From: Octopus sinensis
Taxonomy: Eukaryota
Assembly (NCBI RefSeq): GCF_006345805.1
Contig: NC_043001.1
Coordinates: forward strand, 56,978,001-57,042,000
Reading direction: 5' to 3'
DNA: 64,000 bases
Shown: piece after piece, positions 61,145-64,000 of the stretch
Numbering within the stretch: the first letter of the stretch is position 1
Layout of the letters: each line of letters begins with the position of its first letter
Position numbers and translations under genes: made by a program
Notes under the pieces: model-generated
The model's input: the letters and a program-made list of their open reading frames with translations, nothing else
Database searches by the model: none
What the model was told of the DNA's origin: nothing

Positions 61145-62692
61145 TTAACAAGTGATACAAATATGCATATTGTAATGATCATAAATATCCCAGAGGATAG
61201 TGACATTTTTACCTTCAATGACTGACTCAAGATGATGTTCATACCAGTAAGCAGGAGTGCTGTTTCTGTAGTGTTTCCATATTTTCCAATCTAAATACTG
61301 TCCTACCCAATCGTGGCGATTTTTGTATTCGTTTGGTGTCAGCACAAGACATCTCGAGATGAGATGATCTATTATTTTGTTAAATGTGTCGCAGAATCTG
61401 AATTTGGGGTCAGAACCGTTTTGAAGAACGTTAGCTTGATAGTTTCTGGTTAGCAAGCTTTGATCTTGTACTGACAATATGAAACCTTCAGTCTCTGCTT
61501 TCAACCCTAATCTTCTCAGTCACTGATGGGTTGTTGCTTGGTCTACATCAGCATGTCAACTTCGAAGAAAACACTGTCCATGCAGGGGCTTCCGACTCCT
61601 CTGCTCCTCAATTTGTTCCTGCCCGTTCTTTTATGCAGTCTGCTTGCTACGGTTTGCTTGTTTAGTGGCAGTGGTTTCATGTTCTTCATCTAATTTAGGC
61701 TTAATGCCAAGTTCCCTTGCGAATTTGCAAGCTTCATTGACAATAGAATGTGAAATTTTGCTTCATTCTGATTTGTACACAGGCTAGAGCATCCAGTGCT
61801 ATGTACTAAATAAGTACCATTTCTAGTATATAGGACTTATAGTACAGTTCTACCTGCATCAGTCCTCCTCCCCTATTACTTTTAAGCAAGCACAGGCGAT
61901 CAACGTTTGCTTTTGGATGTTGCATGTTCGTAGATGTTAATAATTTTCTTGTCTTCCTGTTTAGGCGTTGGAGCTCCGTAAGATTCCAGTCAATGATGTT
62001 AAAAATGTATTGGACTACAGGACATGTCAAGGTGTTAATGGCTTCGATGCAATTTTTCGAGCTGAGTTCAGTTTTGAGTATAAGTCGACAGTAGTCGTAC
62101 TCCTTCCTTATTTTTACCTTCATAGTTGCAGTTGTATACCATCTCATTCGCATATCTCTAGACATTTATAACTTTTGTTCTGTGTCGAGTTTCTTGATTG
62201 TAGCATCGGTTTGTAATTTAATGGAAGCTGTTTGTCTGAGCGTGCCTCTTACAAAAGCTATTTTAGCACATTTATGCAGGCCAGAATCCATTCCAGTATC
62301 ATTGCTAAACTCTTAAAAAGTTGTTAGTAGCATTACTAGTTCTTGGTTATTTCTAGCAAAGTGTTTCAGATCGCCCATATAAAACAGACGGTTTGTTATA
62401 ATTTTATAAACTTTGTAATCATACCTGATGTTATTCAGTCCCTTTGAGAGTGGGATGAGTGCCATGCAAAAGAGTAATGGAGAGTGGGAGTCACCTTGAA
62501 AGATGTCTGGTTTGATGTTGATGTTGGATTGGCTCATGCCCTTACTATGTTTTGGAAGGAGGCGAGTGTTCCACCTAGCTATGCTACCTTGTAAGAATTC
62601 GGAAAAATCTCATATATCTGAAGGGCCATGTGTAACCAATTATGTGTGACACTATCAAACACTTTTCTGTAGTCTATCCTTGCCATTGCTTC
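61145..62692 (-). mobile_element. R4/Dong-clade (RLE-type) non-LTR retrotransposon fragment
   Basis: IDYRKVFDSVTH, IFQGDSHSPLLFC, LFYMGDLK, ETEGFILSVQDQ and CCHC-region remnant (C..IDHLISRC...YKNRHD). Truncated at ILWD before the endonuclease core. Confidence 0.88.
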
Positions 62693-63934
62693 GGCAATTC
62701 TCTACAGTAATTTTATTCATGAACAATTGATCTTTAATATGAATATGGTTACAAAACTTCTTTGTAGACGGTATTTTGTGTGCGGTCGACGCTAATTTTT
62801 AAGTTACTGGAGTCCGTTGCTCTACTCATAGCGATGTATAACTGGCCATGTGTAAGCATTGGAGTGGGTAAAAATACACCTACACGATCTAAAGTCTGGT
62901 CCCGTGCCCTGTTTGATGTGAATGAGAATGCCAGTTTTATAGGAAATTGCCTACCTCTTAATTGGAACGGAAACCGGTTATCGGTTGGTATAAGGGGTAT
63001 CTGCGGAATGAACAGGCGTTTACCATTGTGGGGGTCTGTTGCTTTGATAAGATTGGCATTTAGTTCTGCTACCGTGTGTCTTGTTCCATTGCAGTGTCCA
63101 ATCACTGGATCAAAATACCTAAGGAACATTATCGGACATTTTTATCTACAGCATATTGATGTAAAAGTCTTCTACTTCGCATAATATGATTATCCGAATT
63201 AGTTCTTACCTGCAGATGGTATGCGTAAAAAAAGCCATTATCGTTTACTTGTACTTGCACTTGTCTTGATTTTCAGCGAGCTAGAGTGTTCCTTATCTGG
63301 TTCGAAGCTCTCACTTGAGGATTTTTCGTGCTATTTGACGAGCTAGCGTATCCCTACTCTGTTATCACGCTCTCACTTCTGTATTACGGCAAATTCTATG
63401 AGCTTCCGTATCCTTATTCTGTTGGGCTTCTCTGTATTCACTGGTGGATTGTCTCTTACTTTTGATAGCGGCAGCTTTCCTGGTAGTCCTACCAATTCCT
63501 GATTTCCGTTTCCAGGTCATAATGACGTGGAACGAAGGAAAATTTAATAAAGCATTACACAACTTTATGCATACAATCGTTATTGACAAAATTCGTAGTA
63601 GTCACCAATTAAAGATGAGCCAAAACACCACAATGATTCCTTAATAAAGCTTTTGACGTAATCCAGTGGAAAAATAAGTTGATTTACTTCCCTTTGCTTC
63701 TTATATTGCGAGTTATCACCCCTTACTTTTTTATTTACTTTGTTTACAGCCGTAAACTGAAACATTACCTTCAATATTCACTAGATGATCATATTTTTTT
63801 CACATTGTTTTCGCTAAAATCCTGCCTGATTACCTCTTTAGTAATCCCGAAAAACATCTTGACCACTGGTCCAGCCGTTTGACCGCCAGGAGGGTACAGA
63901 CAGACATATGGACATTACGCTCATTAAAGTATGA
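62693..63934 (-). mobile_element. Internally deleted Helitron with its 5' end, nested against or in the R4 LINE
   Basis: 5' A|TC at 63934 with a TGTCTGTCTG subterminal motif. N-terminal MTWKRKSGIGRTTR. RLLHQYAVD jumps directly to helicase GHCNGTR...RQFPIKLAFSFT...HGQLYIAMSRA...TVYKEVL. Confidence 0.85.
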
Positions 63935-64000
63935 TTAGTATTATCATTTATTGTCTTTGCTGGAGATGTACTACGCTGCCAGCTGTTCACAACCAGTGAA

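Overview
AT-rich, microsatellite-dense metazoan non-coding DNA. The SINE, mariner and Penelope families resemble those I recall from octopus genomes; this is an inference and no search was run. I found no convincing host-gene exon, and most ORFs in the track are translations of (TA)n/(CA)n repeats. The window is largely transposon-derived. It holds a Tx1/L1-clade LINE (18.4-22.7 kb), a nearly intact Penelope-like element (25.9-28.4 kb) and a young CR1-clade LINE with an uninterrupted 847-codon ORF2 (55.8-58.4 kb). It also holds an R4/Dong-clade LINE fragment, several mariner relics, a Chapaev3 relic, Helitrons and tRNA-derived SINEs. The main discovery is a set of type I hammerhead ribozymes from several apparently unrelated repeat families. 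The best case is a 479-bp tandem, ORF-less hammerhead unit with an inverted copy at 15.7-16.8 kb, a candidate retrozyme or non-autonomous Penelope derivative that may make circular RNA. It sits next to a 136-bp palindrome folded back inside the catalytic core of a second hammerhead family. A SINE-LINE partner pair sharing a 3' stem-loop is also visible.
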